Assembly (NCBI GenBank): GCA_037444445.1
Contig: JBBIMK010000018.1
Span: 1 to 32,000, forward strand
DNA from: a bacterium
GTDB taxonomy: Bacteria; UBP7; UBA6624; JBBIMK01
Direction: 5' to 3'
DNA length: 32,000 bases
The notes under the pieces are model-generated. The model had not been told where the DNA came from, made no database searches, and saw only the letters and a program-made list of their open reading frames with translations. Shown piece after piece: positions 15,381 to 24,781 of this stretch. Position numbers and translations under genes: made by a program. Each line of letters opens with the position of its first letter. The stretch's first letter is position 1.

Positions 15381-17062
15381 AATATCCTTTTTCCCTGCTC
15401 CTTGTCGTTTCTATCCTCTCGCTTTCCGCTATTCCTCAACTTTCTGAACATCTTTCCTCTACCCACTTTGACATCTATTTTGACCCTCAGGATACCAGTG
15501 TGGTTACAGAACTTCTGGCGCAGGCCGAAAGCGATTTCACTCTACTCAGTGCGCTCTGGGGGCAGGCTCCTCTTCAAAAAATTCAAATTATCCTTCATCC
15601 CAATGCCCTATCCCTGTGGGAAGAATCAGAAAATAATGCCAGTTCACTCCGGGGCGAGCCTTATACTTCCCCGGACGGCACTCTGCATTTCCTCTCACCC
15701 CGGGATGGATGGCGAACCTCACGGTCCCTATTTCAATCCACCTTGCTCCATGAACTCGGGCACGCTTTTATGAGCCTGGAGAATATCGGAAGCGAGTCTC
15801 TCCCACTCTGGTTTCGGGAGGGCATGGCAGAATTACCCGTAACCATCAAAAATATCCCCCGTCAACAGGACTACCTGCGTGATGCCGTGCTAACCGGGAA
15901 GTTCCCGGACCTATTGAAAGATGCCAGTGTTTCCCGGCGGCTTTTTTATGCCGCCAGCGATTCTTTTCTCACCTGGATGCGGAATAAACAAGGGGAGGGC
16001 GCATTCAAAAGCCTTCTAACGCAGTTGAAAACTTTGCCCCTGGAGCAAGCATGGTCCTCCGTTTTTCAGCAATCTCTTTCTCAGTCGTTCAACGCCTGGC
16101 AACAAGAAATCACCTCCAGTTTTCTGAAACATTTTAACGGCATGCCACTCCGGCCAAGAAGCCAGCGTATATTTTCTAAATATCCTGTTCTGGACTATCG
16201 GATTAAAAATTCCCTGATCATTCTCCGCCTTCCGGAAGGGCAGGACATTTTTCTGTATGACCCGAGTAAGGGCACTTTGAAAAACCTCACGAATACTCCC
16301 GGTGCACTGGAAGTGGACCCGGAAATAGCGGGCGATACCCTTTACTTCTCTTCCTCCCGCCGGGACATGGATTTTGACCTGTGGGAAGTTCATATAGATG
16401 GCACAGGGCTTCAACTACTCACCACCTCTCCGGGCGGTGATTTCTCTCCACGGTCCCATCCGCTAATTCGCGAACGGATTGCTTTCATCTCATCCTCTTC
16501 AGGCAACCCCGACCTCTTTCTTTATGATGCCAGAAAAATCATTCCCCTGACTTCTACCCCGGAAGAAGAAACAAACCCTCAATGGGATGCTTCCGGTGAT
16601 TTCCTTTACTTCCTGCGCACAGGAAATGAGAACACTGCCTTGCTTCGCATCAAACTCGCAACCTTTCAAACCCAGAAACTCCCCTTCAACGGGAATATCG
16701 TGCAATTTGCCAACCACCCTCTCCTGGATGTCACAGCCTTCCTGGGAGAGGTGGAGAAAGCTACGAACCTGTATGAATATGTGTGGACGCAGAACCGACT
16801 GGACCAACTGACTATGGACGGCGCCAGAAAAACAGAAGTCGCCTGGTCCGATGATGGCCACTTCCTGGCTTATACACAGGAAATTCAGGGTCAACTGGAC
16901 ATCTATCTGTATGATATGGAGGCTTCCTATTCCCGCCGTCTCACCCGGACTGCATTGGACGAAACTAACCTGCAATGGAGTAGCCGGGGGAGTTTATACT
17001 TTTTAACCGGTGAACTGTGGAAAAAAGAACTGTACCGAATCTTTCCAATAAGGGGGAGATGA
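15377..17062 (+). CDS. Secreted peptidase MA-type (HExxH) domain protein fused to TolB-like (PD40) beta-propeller repeats
   Basis: N-terminal signal-like MKYPFSLLLVVSILSLSAIP. Zinc motif LLHELGHAF followed by WFREGMAE. The C-terminal half carries repeated PD40-like units (DFSPRSHP...IAFISSSSGNPDLFLYD, NPQWDASGDFLYF, EVAWSDDGHFLAYT, NLQWSSRGSLYF). The start forms an ATGA overlap with hisC. Confidence 0.7.
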   Translation: MKYPFSLLLVVSILSLSAIPQLSEHLSSTHFDIYFDPQDTSVVTELLAQAESDFTLLSALWGQAPLQKIQIILHPNALSLWEESENNASSLRGEPYTSPDGTLHFLSPRDGWRTSRSLFQSTLLHELGHAFMSLENIGSESLPLWFREGMAELPVTIKNIPRQQDYLRDAVLTGKFPDLLKDASVSRRLFYAASDSFLTWMRNKQGEGAFKSLLTQLKTLPLEQAWSSVFQQSLSQSFNAWQQEITSSFLKHFNGMPLRPRSQRIFSKYPVLDYRIKNSLIILRLPEGQDIFLYDPSKGTLKNLTNTPGALEVDPEIAGDTLYFSSSRRDMDFDLWEVHIDGTGLQLLTTSPGGDFSPRSHPLIRERIAFISSSSGNPDLFLYDARKIIPLTSTPEEETNPQWDASGDFLYFLRTGNENTALLRIKLATFQTQKLPFNGNIVQFANHPLLDVTAFLGEVEKATNLYEYVWTQNRLDQLTMDGARKTEVAWSDDGHFLAYTQEIQGQLDIYLYDMEASYSRRLTRTALDETNLQWSSRGSLYFLTGELWKKELYRIFPIRGR

Positions 17063-17078
17063 TAAGGTGAGCAGAAGA

Positions 17079-19028
17079 ATGAAAAAAACTCTCTTTTTAC
17101 TTGCCCTCTCGGTGTTTATTCCTGTCCATCTTTCTGCGGGGGAGGAATTTTTCCCTCTGGAGAAAATCCAGCCCGGGATGGAAGGGATTGCTAAAACGGT
17201 GGTGGAAGGAACTACCATTTCCACCCTGCAGGTGAAAATCCTGGATGTACTTCCTTCCTATGCACCGGGAGGAGGAACCTTGCTTTTGATACGCATCAGT
17301 GGACCTGCGGCGGAGAAAGCGGGGGGCATTGCCAGCGGGATGAGCGGGAGTCCGATTTACCTGGACGGCAAGCTGGCGGGTGCCATTAGCGTGGGATTTA
17401 CTTTCTCAGATAATTTTATTGGGGGCGCCACTTATATCGGCGATATGATGAAAAGCCTGCCCCAATCCTTTGACACAGAAAAAACCTGGGTGAGTCAGGT
17501 CCCGCGTCGGGACCATTCGCCCACTGCCCCTGCTTATGATTTTATTGCCTATGCTCCCACACGCAGACAGGCAATGGAATGGAGTCGCCTTCTCCCTTCG
17601 CGAGCCCTGGTCATGTATCCACTGCGAACGCCCTTTTATCTCAGCGCCCCTCAAGGAAGCCCTGCTTTCGCCTATCTAAAACAGGTATTTGCCCGTTTTG
17701 CCCCGGGAGCTGAATTATCTGAAATCGGTGGAGCGGCCTCGGAAGAGCCTCTCTCCTTCCAACCTCCCAGCCTCACACCCGGTGATGCCCTGGGCTTCGT
17801 CCTTGGAAGTGGCATTCTTCCTCTGTTCGCCTTCGGCACATTAACTTATGTGGATGATGAAGGGCGATTCCTCGCCTTCGGACATTCTGCACTGGAAACG
17901 GGTGAAAGCCTCGTCCCCACCAGTTCTATCTATGTTTCTACTACCGTCCAGAGCCTGCGAAGCCCGTTCAAATTAGGCAAGCCTGTTCACCTCGTAGGTA
18001 TCGTCAGCAACGATGAATCCGCCTCCATTGGGGGGTGGTTGGGGAAAATCCCCCGAACCATTCCTCTCAGGGTGAAAATCTACGACGACGACCTGAAGCA
18101 GGAAATGGAAGCCCGAGAAGAGATCACTCCCCTTCAGGATTTCTTCGCTTCCATAGTCCTCGCCACAATCTCCTACACCGCCAATCGGGTGATGAAACGG
18201 ATTGGAAAGGGCACCGCCCGATACGAATTTGAAATTCGCGGCGAGGGCATAGAGCCCATTCAATGGAACGACCGCATCACGGAGAAGATGATTCTATCTG
18301 TGCCCGGCACTGCCATCCCCATCCCTCCCGACATCTCATTCACTATGAGCCAGGACCTTTCCTTCCTCTTAAACCTTCTTCTGGAAAATCCCTATCATCG
18401 CGTTGTTCCTGCAGAAATTACCTTCTCCGCTCATGTAACCCGGGAAGAGCAACTGACTTACATCCAAAAAATGGAAGTGGAAGAGTTTAAGAGAGCATCA
18501 CCACCCTACATCGTTCAACCGGGCAAGGATTTACACATCCAGGTTACTTTGAAGGCATACCGGGGAGAAACACAGGAAGAAAATCTGCTCCTCACCCTTC
18601 CGCAGAACCTTCCAGAAGGTCCCGCAAAACTGGTCGTCTATGGAGGAAGCCTGATGCCTCATCCTTTCGCGGACAAGCGGGAGCGAGATGGCCTGGAAGC
18701 GGCACAAAACTATTTTCAAGCCCGGTCTGAAGCCTGGAAAAAGGAGTCGCTGAAGGATGTGCTATCTCTCATCCTTTCCTCGGAGAAGAACCAGTTCCTG
18801 GTCGCACGCCTTCTGGTGCCTTCCCGTTCCTCTGACAGCGAATCGGAGGAAGTAGAAAAGGAAACAGTGGCTCCAATGGATGTAAGCACTCATCTCCTGA
18901 TGGATGCAATCGTGGCAGGCGCAGATATGCTCCGGGTGAAGATTGAAATTCCGGGCAAAAAACACCCCCCTCCTGAAGAGGAAAAAGCACCTCCCGGGCG
19001 CCCTTCGCTGTATGATAGCCTTCCCTGA
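17079..19028 (+). CDS. SpoIVB-type peptidase S55 domain protein, secreted
   Basis: GIASGMSGSPIYLDGKLAGAIS shows the S55 serine-protease GxSGSP signature. Signal peptide MKKTLFLLALSVFIPVHLSA. ATG 17079 is preferred over GTG 17067. Confidence 0.7.
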   Translation: MKKTLFLLALSVFIPVHLSAGEEFFPLEKIQPGMEGIAKTVVEGTTISTLQVKILDVLPSYAPGGGTLLLIRISGPAAEKAGGIASGMSGSPIYLDGKLAGAISVGFTFSDNFIGGATYIGDMMKSLPQSFDTEKTWVSQVPRRDHSPTAPAYDFIAYAPTRRQAMEWSRLLPSRALVMYPLRTPFYLSAPQGSPAFAYLKQVFARFAPGAELSEIGGAASEEPLSFQPPSLTPGDALGFVLGSGILPLFAFGTLTYVDDEGRFLAFGHSALETGESLVPTSSIYVSTTVQSLRSPFKLGKPVHLVGIVSNDESASIGGWLGKIPRTIPLRVKIYDDDLKQEMEAREEITPLQDFFASIVLATISYTANRVMKRIGKGTARYEFEIRGEGIEPIQWNDRITEKMILSVPGTAIPIPPDISFTMSQDLSFLLNLLLENPYHRVVPAEITFSAHVTREEQLTYIQKMEVEEFKRASPPYIVQPGKDLHIQVTLKAYRGETQEENLLLTLPQNLPEGPAKLVVYGGSLMPHPFADKRERDGLEAAQNYFQARSEAWKKESLKDVLSLILSSEKNQFLVARLLVPSRSSDSESEEVEKETVAPMDVSTHLLMDAIVAGADMLRVKIEIPGKKHPPPEEEKAPPGRPSLYDSLP

Positions 19029-19134
19029 CTACTACCCTCCCTGAGTCTGTGAGGCCGTATGTTCTAATCTCCGAAGATATGAACCTTTTTTTCTTTCACC
19101 TGTATTCTGCCCGCTGTGCATTCAGGTTCAAACC

Positions 19135-20262
19135 TTGAGAATTGCCTTTCTCACTGAGCGATTACTTCAGGGATTCGGCGCCGACCGCATGGTCTATGAA
19201 CTTGCCAGGGGTCTGGCACAAAAAGGGCATTCCGTCCTGCTGTGGCATATTGTTTCTGATGGCAGTTATCCCCCTGTGCCCCATCTGGAATTGAAACAGG
19301 TTTCCATCCACCGCTCCCGATTTTTCCCCGCTTACGAATGGAATGCCCTCCGGAGGCTTCGCTACATCCGCAAAGCCTCCGTCTCTGTGGACATCTGGGT
19401 CATCAGCACCATCCCCTTCTATCCTTATGCTTCCATCTTAAAACCCTCTGTAGTTCTGGACTTCGGGCTCCCCCCGACTTACGGTTTCACCCCCCTACAA
19501 AAATTCAATTTCACATATATGGGCTGGACTCAATATGGAATCCATTATCGCAAATCCCAGAAGGTGTTCACCATCTCCTACTTTTTACAGGAAAAACTCT
19601 CGGAGGCCCTTCGGCAGAAGAGCACGGTTCTGTATCCCGGCTCTGACCACTATGCACGGGGGGTTATATCGCCCCGGAGTCATGAAAAACCACCCGACAT
19701 TCGCAACCACTTAAAAATCCCCTCTGACCATGTTCTTTTCCTGTATGTTGGACGACTCAATCCATCAGAACAGCCGTATAAAGGGGTGAAAGACCTGGTA
19801 GAAATGACACGGCATCTGAAAACCCTCACCTCAGCACCCTTCTCCCTCCTGCTCGTAGGGTATGGTGGTGAAGAAGAGCGCAAACGATGGGAAAGAGAAG
19901 GCATCCCCGTGCTGACAAATGTTCCACACTCCTGGCTTCCCGCCATTTACGATACCACAGATGTAGTTGTATCCGCTTCCCGGTGGGAAGGATTTAATCT
20001 CCCGCTGTTAGAGGGTCAATCCTTCGGCAGGCCTGTAATTGCTTACAAAGTGGGAGGCCATCCAGAAGTCGTAAAAGAAGAAGTCACAGGATTCCTGGCG
20101 AGAACGCAGAAGGAATTCATTAACTATATGAAACTTCTAACTGAGAATCGTGACATCCGCTACAAAATGGGGGAGGAAGCCTTCCACTGGTCGCAGAAAT
20201 TCCAGTGGCGATACAGTGTAGAAAAACTTCACCTTGCCCTTTCCACCTCCGGGTCAAGATAG
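19135..20262 (+). CDS. Glycosyltransferase family 4 (GT-B fold)
   Basis: N-terminal MRIAFLTERL..GADRMVYELARGLAQKGHSV and the EX7E motif EGFNLPLLEGQSFGRPVIAYKVGGHPEVV. The start is TTG. Confidence 0.85.
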   Translation: MRIAFLTERLLQGFGADRMVYELARGLAQKGHSVLLWHIVSDGSYPPVPHLELKQVSIHRSRFFPAYEWNALRRLRYIRKASVSVDIWVISTIPFYPYASILKPSVVLDFGLPPTYGFTPLQKFNFTYMGWTQYGIHYRKSQKVFTISYFLQEKLSEALRQKSTVLYPGSDHYARGVISPRSHEKPPDIRNHLKIPSDHVLFLYVGRLNPSEQPYKGVKDLVEMTRHLKTLTSAPFSLLLVGYGGEEERKRWEREGIPVLTNVPHSWLPAIYDTTDVVVSASRWEGFNLPLLEGQSFGRPVIAYKVGGHPEVVKEEVTGFLARTQKEFINYMKLLTENRDIRYKMGEEAFHWSQKFQWRYSVEKLHLALSTSGSR

Positions 20263-20264
20263 AG

Positions 20265-20285
20265 CCCCGCCAAAATATAGCGGGG
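20265..20285 (+). terminator. GC-rich hairpin just after the glycosyltransferase stop (no U-tract)
   Basis: CCCCGC (20265-20270) pairs with GCGGGG (20280-20285) around a 9 nt loop. It is followed by AACTGG, so it is not a canonical intrinsic terminator. Confidence 0.25.
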
Positions 20286-20576
20286 AACTGGAAGGGAAGT
20301 CTCTCGCTTTAGCCCGGGAAGAAGTATGTTGTTCAAGGATGACCGCCGCCGAGAAAAAACAGTGAAATGGGTGTCCCGCTCTACCAGGACACACCGAATC
20401 AAAACTATGGATTTACCGGAATGTGATGCAATCCACTCATACTTTGAACACTTTGAAGTGGTTAAGAATATAGAACTGGAAACTTATCAACCGGGATAGC
20501 GTTTGAGTCAAACAGGGAGGAAGTTGTCTCTTATCCTACCCCGGATGGTAAAACAAGCGGTATAATAAAGGGTGGA

Positions 20577-22349
20577 ATGGCAGTAGCCTTATACCGAAAG
20601 TATCGCCCCCAGAGTTTTGAGGAAATGGTGGGGCAGAGGGCGGTGGTGACAGGGCTGAAGAACGCCCTGGAGATGGGGAAATGGGTGCACGCCTACCTTT
20701 TTTCTGGTCCTCGTGGGTCCGGGAAAACCACGGCGGCACGGATACTTGCGAAAGCCTTGAATTGCTTGCAAGCAAAGGAGCCCACGCCTACCCCCTGCGG
20801 AATCTGCGAAAATTGTTCATCCATCCGGGATGGACGTTGCCTGGATGTTACGGAGATGGATGCCGCCTCCAACCGTGGAATTGATGAGATTCGCAATTTG
20901 AAAGAGAGTGTGGCATTTCAGCCCTCCGTTTGCCGATTTAAGGTGTATATCATTGATGAAGCCCACATGCTCACCACCCCGGCGTTTAACGCTTTGCTAA
21001 AAACCCTGGAAGAGCCACCGGCGAATGTGGTGTTTGTTCTCTGCACCACGGAAGCGCATAAAATTCCCCTGACCATCCTTTCCCGCTGTCAGCGGTATGA
21101 TTTCACCCGTCTTCCGGCGGAGGATATGTTCACCTTACTACAACGGGTGGTTCAAGAAGAAAACTACACCCTGGAAGACGGTGTTTTTGACCTGCTTTAC
21201 GCCCATTCTGAAGGTGCCGTTCGGGATGCCCTTTCTCTTCTGGAGCAACTTGCCATCTATAGCCACAACCATATTACCAGGCAGGCATTCCTGGAACTTC
21301 TGGGTATTCCGCAGAAGCAATTTTATTTTGACCTGCTGTCTGCCCTGTCCAGTAGAGATTTCCCCCGGATTCTCACCCATTCCCGTCAAGCCTGCGAGAT
21401 GGGATTGAGTTTCTGGAACTTCCTGAACACTTTTACTTCACTTTTACGAGACCTACTCGCCATCCGTCAGGGTATTCCCCCGTCGGATTTGTATTTGGAG
21501 GGAGAGCGGACCCGGCTCACCTCTATCGCTGCTTCGTTTTCCACCGCTGACCTCTTCACATTATTTGACAGGCTGGGGCATTTTCGGTATGTCTTTAAGT
21601 GGGAAACCGAGGGCAGATTGCTATGGGACATTGCTTTCCTCACTCTATTTCATTGTCTTTCCGGGGGAAGTCCGCTCTCTGCCGAAGAAGCAGAAGAGAA
21701 GCGCGAAATCCAGATACCTGCCGTTGAAAAGCAAGGGGTTTCCCGCCCTGCCCCTCAGCCTGAAAGAGAGGAAAAAATTCCCGTTATAGAGACGAAAAAA
21801 TTACCGCTGAAAGAAAAACCACCTGAATTTCTCTTCCGAGAAGAGGAAGAGAGATATCCACCATCGGCGGGGAAAGAATCCAGTGACTCATCAGCGCTTC
21901 TGTCGCCACCGGCAGTAGAAGAGTCGGTCTCAACAGAGTCTGCGGGAGAAACAGGGAGCCGAAATATCCCGGCAGAACTGAACTGGCAAGGTTTCTATTC
22001 TGCCTTAAAGGTTCAGAATCCGGTGTTAGCGGGGATTCTTTCGCCTGCCACGATTCAAGAGTTTTCTTCTTCCCGTCTCGTGATTTCCTACCCTTCTTCC
22101 TTCTCCTTTCCTCGTATTTATTTGAAGAAAGTTTCTGTCCGGCGAGAACTGGAGGAAAGACTGAAGGAATTTTTCCAGCAGGATGTTGCGTTTCGGGTGG
22201 TGGAATCAGATGAAAACTCTTCTACTCCATCACCTCCCTCCCCACCGGCAGAAGTGCAAAACAAGGAACGGCGAGAGGTTGCCTCTTCCGAAGGAGAAAT
22301 CACGATTCAGAGAATTCTAAACTTCTTTCCGGGAAGTCAGAAGGAGTAG
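20577..22349 (+). CDS. dnaX: DNA polymerase III subunit gamma/tau
   Basis: Motifs: YRPQSFEEMVGQ, the Walker A GPRGSGKTTAARILAKALNC, the Zn module CGICENCSSIRDGRC, IIDEAHML, and SRCQ. Confidence 0.96.
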   Translation: MAVALYRKYRPQSFEEMVGQRAVVTGLKNALEMGKWVHAYLFSGPRGSGKTTAARILAKALNCLQAKEPTPTPCGICENCSSIRDGRCLDVTEMDAASNRGIDEIRNLKESVAFQPSVCRFKVYIIDEAHMLTTPAFNALLKTLEEPPANVVFVLCTTEAHKIPLTILSRCQRYDFTRLPAEDMFTLLQRVVQEENYTLEDGVFDLLYAHSEGAVRDALSLLEQLAIYSHNHITRQAFLELLGIPQKQFYFDLLSALSSRDFPRILTHSRQACEMGLSFWNFLNTFTSLLRDLLAIRQGIPPSDLYLEGERTRLTSIAASFSTADLFTLFDRLGHFRYVFKWETEGRLLWDIAFLTLFHCLSGGSPLSAEEAEEKREIQIPAVEKQGVSRPAPQPEREEKIPVIETKKLPLKEKPPEFLFREEEERYPPSAGKESSDSSALLSPPAVEESVSTESAGETGSRNIPAELNWQGFYSALKVQNPVLAGILSPATIQEFSSSRLVISYPSSFSFPRIYLKKVSVRRELEERLKEFFQQDVAFRVVESDENSSTPSPPSPPAEVQNKERREVASSEGEITIQRILNFFPGSQKE

Positions 22350-22354
22350 AGGAG

Positions 22355-22660
22355 ATGGACATACGGAAGCTTTTAGGCGATGTTCAGAAGTTGAAGCGCC
22401 AGGCGGAACAGATACGAGATGAACTGGAGAAGATAGAGGCGGAGGGCATAGCCCAGGGTGGAAGGGTGCGCATCCGAATGAACGGCATCCAGCAGGTTCT
22501 GGAGGTCAGGATTGACCCTTCGCTGGTTCAGGCTGGAAATGCTCCTGTGCTGGAATCCCTGATTCAGCAGGCCTTCCAGAATGCGGAGGAGCGGATTCAG
22601 AAAATCCATCGTCAAAAACTCCAGGGGCTGGGAGCAGGGAATCTCCCGTTTTTCCGGTGA
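22355..22660 (+). CDS. ebfC: Nucleoid-associated protein YbaB/EbfC
   Basis: 101 aa. KLKRQAEQIRDELEKIEAEGIAQGGRVRIRMNGIQQVLEVRIDPSL fits the family, and the gene sits in the conserved dnaX-ybaB-recR position. Confidence 0.9.
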   Translation: MDIRKLLGDVQKLKRQAEQIRDELEKIEAEGIAQGGRVRIRMNGIQQVLEVRIDPSLVQAGNAPVLESLIQQAFQNAEERIQKIHRQKLQGLGAGNLPFFR

Positions 22661-23253
22661 AAATCCTGCCTGACATACTCCAGAACCTGATTCAGGAGAT
22701 GAAGAAGTTACCCGGCGTTGGGGGTAAATCCTCCACTCGTCTGGCATTTTATTTGTTGGAAAGCTCACCGGAACAGAGGGAGAGACTGACAAAGGCTTTG
22801 CAAGCCGTGGATAAGATTCACTGGTGCTTACGGTGTTTTTTTGTAGCGGAGGACGAATTGTGCGAAATCTGTAAAGATATGGCGCGAGATGGTTCATTGC
22901 TGTGTATTGTGGAAAAGCCTGCGGATGTGATAGCCATTGAGAAGGCGGGGCGGTATGTCGGCCGCTATCATGTTCTTCACGGGCTCCTCTCCCCCCTGGA
23001 AGGGGTTCGCCCTGAGGATTTGAAAATTCCCGCTCTCTTAAAGCGTGTAGAAGAAGAGAAGCCAGGGGAAATCATTTTCGCCCTGTCGCCGACCCTGGAA
23101 GGGGAAATGACTTTACAATATCTCACGGAACAATTGAAGAAAAGTGAGAGTAAACTTTCCCGCCTTGCCCGAGGGGTGCCTTTCGGTGCTAACCTGGAAT
23201 TTACAGACGAGATGACTATGAGCAAAGCCTTTGAAGGGCGTCAGCCTTTGTAA
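22657..23253 (+). CDS. recR: Recombination protein RecR
   Basis: [24 protein letters not shown] (HhH), Zn finger [16 protein letters not shown], and a Toprim region. The GTG start forms a GTGA overlap. Confidence 0.95.
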   Translation: MKILPDILQNLIQEMKKLPGVGGKSSTRLAFYLLESSPEQRERLTKALQAVDKIHWCLRCFFVAEDELCEICKDMARDGSLLCIVEKPADVIAIEKAGRYVGRYHVLHGLLSPLEGVRPEDLKIPALLKRVEEEKPGEIIFALSPTLEGEMTLQYLTEQLKKSESKLSRLARGVPFGANLEFTDEMTMSKAFEGRQPL

Positions 23254-23300
23254 AAAAGACAGGGGGTAATGAACGAGAGAAAAAAGAAGGTGAAGAAGAA

Positions 23301-24191
23301 ATGGAAGAGGTTCTGACGGGAGATTTTCAGGTAAAGGTGGGGCTGGCAGAGATGCTGAAGGGGGGGGTCATTATGGATGTAGTGACCCCCGAGCAGGCGA
23401 AGGTCGCGGAGGAAGCAGGAGCGGTGGCCGTGATGGCTCTGGAGCGTGTGCCGGCTGACATCCGAGCCGCTGGCGGCGTGGCCCGGATGGCAGACCCGGA
23501 AATTATCCTCAAAATTATGGATACTGTTAGCATCCCTGTGATGGCAAAATGCCGCATCGGGCACTTCGTAGAAGCACAGATTCTGGAAGCATTGGGTGTG
23601 GATTTCATTGATGAAAGCGAGGTTCTCACACCCGCAGATGAGGAGCACCATATCCACAAACATGAGTTCAAAGTGCCCTTCGTGTGTGGGTGTCGGGATC
23701 TGGGAGAGGCTCTGCGACGCATTGGAGAAGGAGCGGCGATGATTCGCACTAAAGGGGAAGCAGGAACGGGAAATGTGGTGGAAGCAGTCCGGCACATGAG
23801 GAAAGTGCAGGGGCACATCAAGCGTTTGACTGTCCTGCGGGAAGAGGAACTCATGGCAGAAGCGAAGGCCCTCGGAGCACCCTATGAACTTGTGAAGTGG
23901 GTGGCAGAGCACGGGCGATTGCCGGTACCCAACTTTGCTGCCGGTGGCATAGCCACTCCTGCGGATGCCGCCTTGATGCTTCAACTGGGCGCTGAAGCGG
24001 TGTTCGTGGGCTCCGGCATCTTCAAGTCCGCGGACCCACAAAAAAGAGCCCATGCCATCGTCCAGGCTGTAGCACACTTCCAGGACCCGAAGGTTCTTGC
24101 CGAGGTCTCCAGAGCCCTCGGCGAGCCCATGAAGGGGCTGGACATCGCTTCTATGCCGGAAGCCGAAAAACTTCAGGTGAGAGGGTGGTAA
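23301..24191 (+). CDS. pdxS: Pyridoxal 5'-phosphate synthase lyase subunit PdxS
   Basis: [38 protein letters not shown], plus [16 protein letters not shown]. The match is very conserved across the full length. Confidence 0.97.
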   Translation: MEEVLTGDFQVKVGLAEMLKGGVIMDVVTPEQAKVAEEAGAVAVMALERVPADIRAAGGVARMADPEIILKIMDTVSIPVMAKCRIGHFVEAQILEALGVDFIDESEVLTPADEEHHIHKHEFKVPFVCGCRDLGEALRRIGEGAAMIRTKGEAGTGNVVEAVRHMRKVQGHIKRLTVLREEELMAEAKALGAPYELVKWVAEHGRLPVPNFAAGGIATPADAALMLQLGAEAVFVGSGIFKSADPQKRAHAIVQAVAHFQDPKVLAEVSRALGEPMKGLDIASMPEAEKLQVRGW

Positions 24192-24781
24192 GCAAGATAC
24201 CACCTATCGGAGTTCTCGCCCTGCAAGGGGATTTTGAAAAGCATCAGGAAATCTTCCACGCCCTCACGACAGAAACGGTGCGAGTAAGGGTTCCGGAAGA
24301 CCTGCAGAAGGTTTCCGCACTTGTCATTCCAGGGGGTGAAAGCACCACCCTTCGCATCCTGATGAAAAAATCCAGCCTGTGGGAGGCAATAATAGGAAAG
24401 CGAGAGGAGCACTTTCCGATTTTTGGAACCTGCGCCGGCGTCATTCTGCTAAGCAAAGAAATTCCGGATTCCCCCGGAGAAGAGACCCTGGGATTTCTGA
24501 ACATTCAAGTTCTTCGGAACGCATACGGGCGCCAGAGGGAAAGTTTCATTACCCCCGTTCAATTCCTTCCGGATGGTGCTTCTCCTGTTTCGGGTGTGTT
24601 TATTCGGGCTCCGCAAATCATCCGGGTGGGGAAGGATGTTCAGGTTCTGGCTCGTTTTCAAAATAGCCCGGTTCTGGTGGAAGAGGGGTTTTGTCTCGGT
24701 GCTACTTTTCATCCGGAACTGGTGGGCGAGGTTAGAATTCACCAGCGTTTCCTGAACCTGGTTCATAAAAGATGGGCATGA
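24185..24781 (+). CDS. pdxT: Pyridoxal 5'-phosphate synthase glutaminase subunit PdxT
   Basis: [31 protein letters not shown] (catalytic Cys), and FHPEL. The GTG start overlaps pdxS by 7 nt. Confidence 0.93.
   Translation: MVSKIPPIGVLALQGDFEKHQEIFHALTTETVRVRVPEDLQKVSALVIPGGESTTLRILMKKSSLWEAIIGKREEHFPIFGTCAGVILLSKEIPDSPGEETLGFLNIQVLRNAYGRQRESFITPVQFLPDGASPVSGVFIRAPQIIRVGKDVQVLARFQNSPVLVEEGFCLGATFHPELVGEVRIHQRFLNLVHKRWA

Noticed and set aside
20263-20576. SRP (4.5S/scRNA) gene upstream of dnaX, as in Bacillus
   Set aside because: I found no GGAA-tetraloop/AGCAGC helix-8 signature on either strand. The partial resemblance at CCCGGGAAGAAG is too weak. It needs a covariance-model scan to be certain.
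20561-20579. TATAAT at 20561-20566 as a promoter for a near-leaderless dnaX
   Set aside because: There is no -35 or TG extension. The intervening AAAGGGTGGA is just as well explained as the Shine-Dalgarno of a leadered mRNA. This cannot be decided from sequence.
23269-23316. 15-codon Lys-rich uORF ([15 protein letters not shown]) overlapping the pdxS start
   Set aside because: It arises from the purine-rich Shine-Dalgarno region. It has no Shine-Dalgarno of its own, and there is no evidence of function.
23241-24203. 320 aa ORF on the minus strand, spanning the whole of pdxS
   Set aside because: It lies exactly antisense to a highly conserved PdxS sequence. Its translation is a low-complexity mix rich in Cys, His and Arg with no motifs. 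It is a typical shadow ORF.
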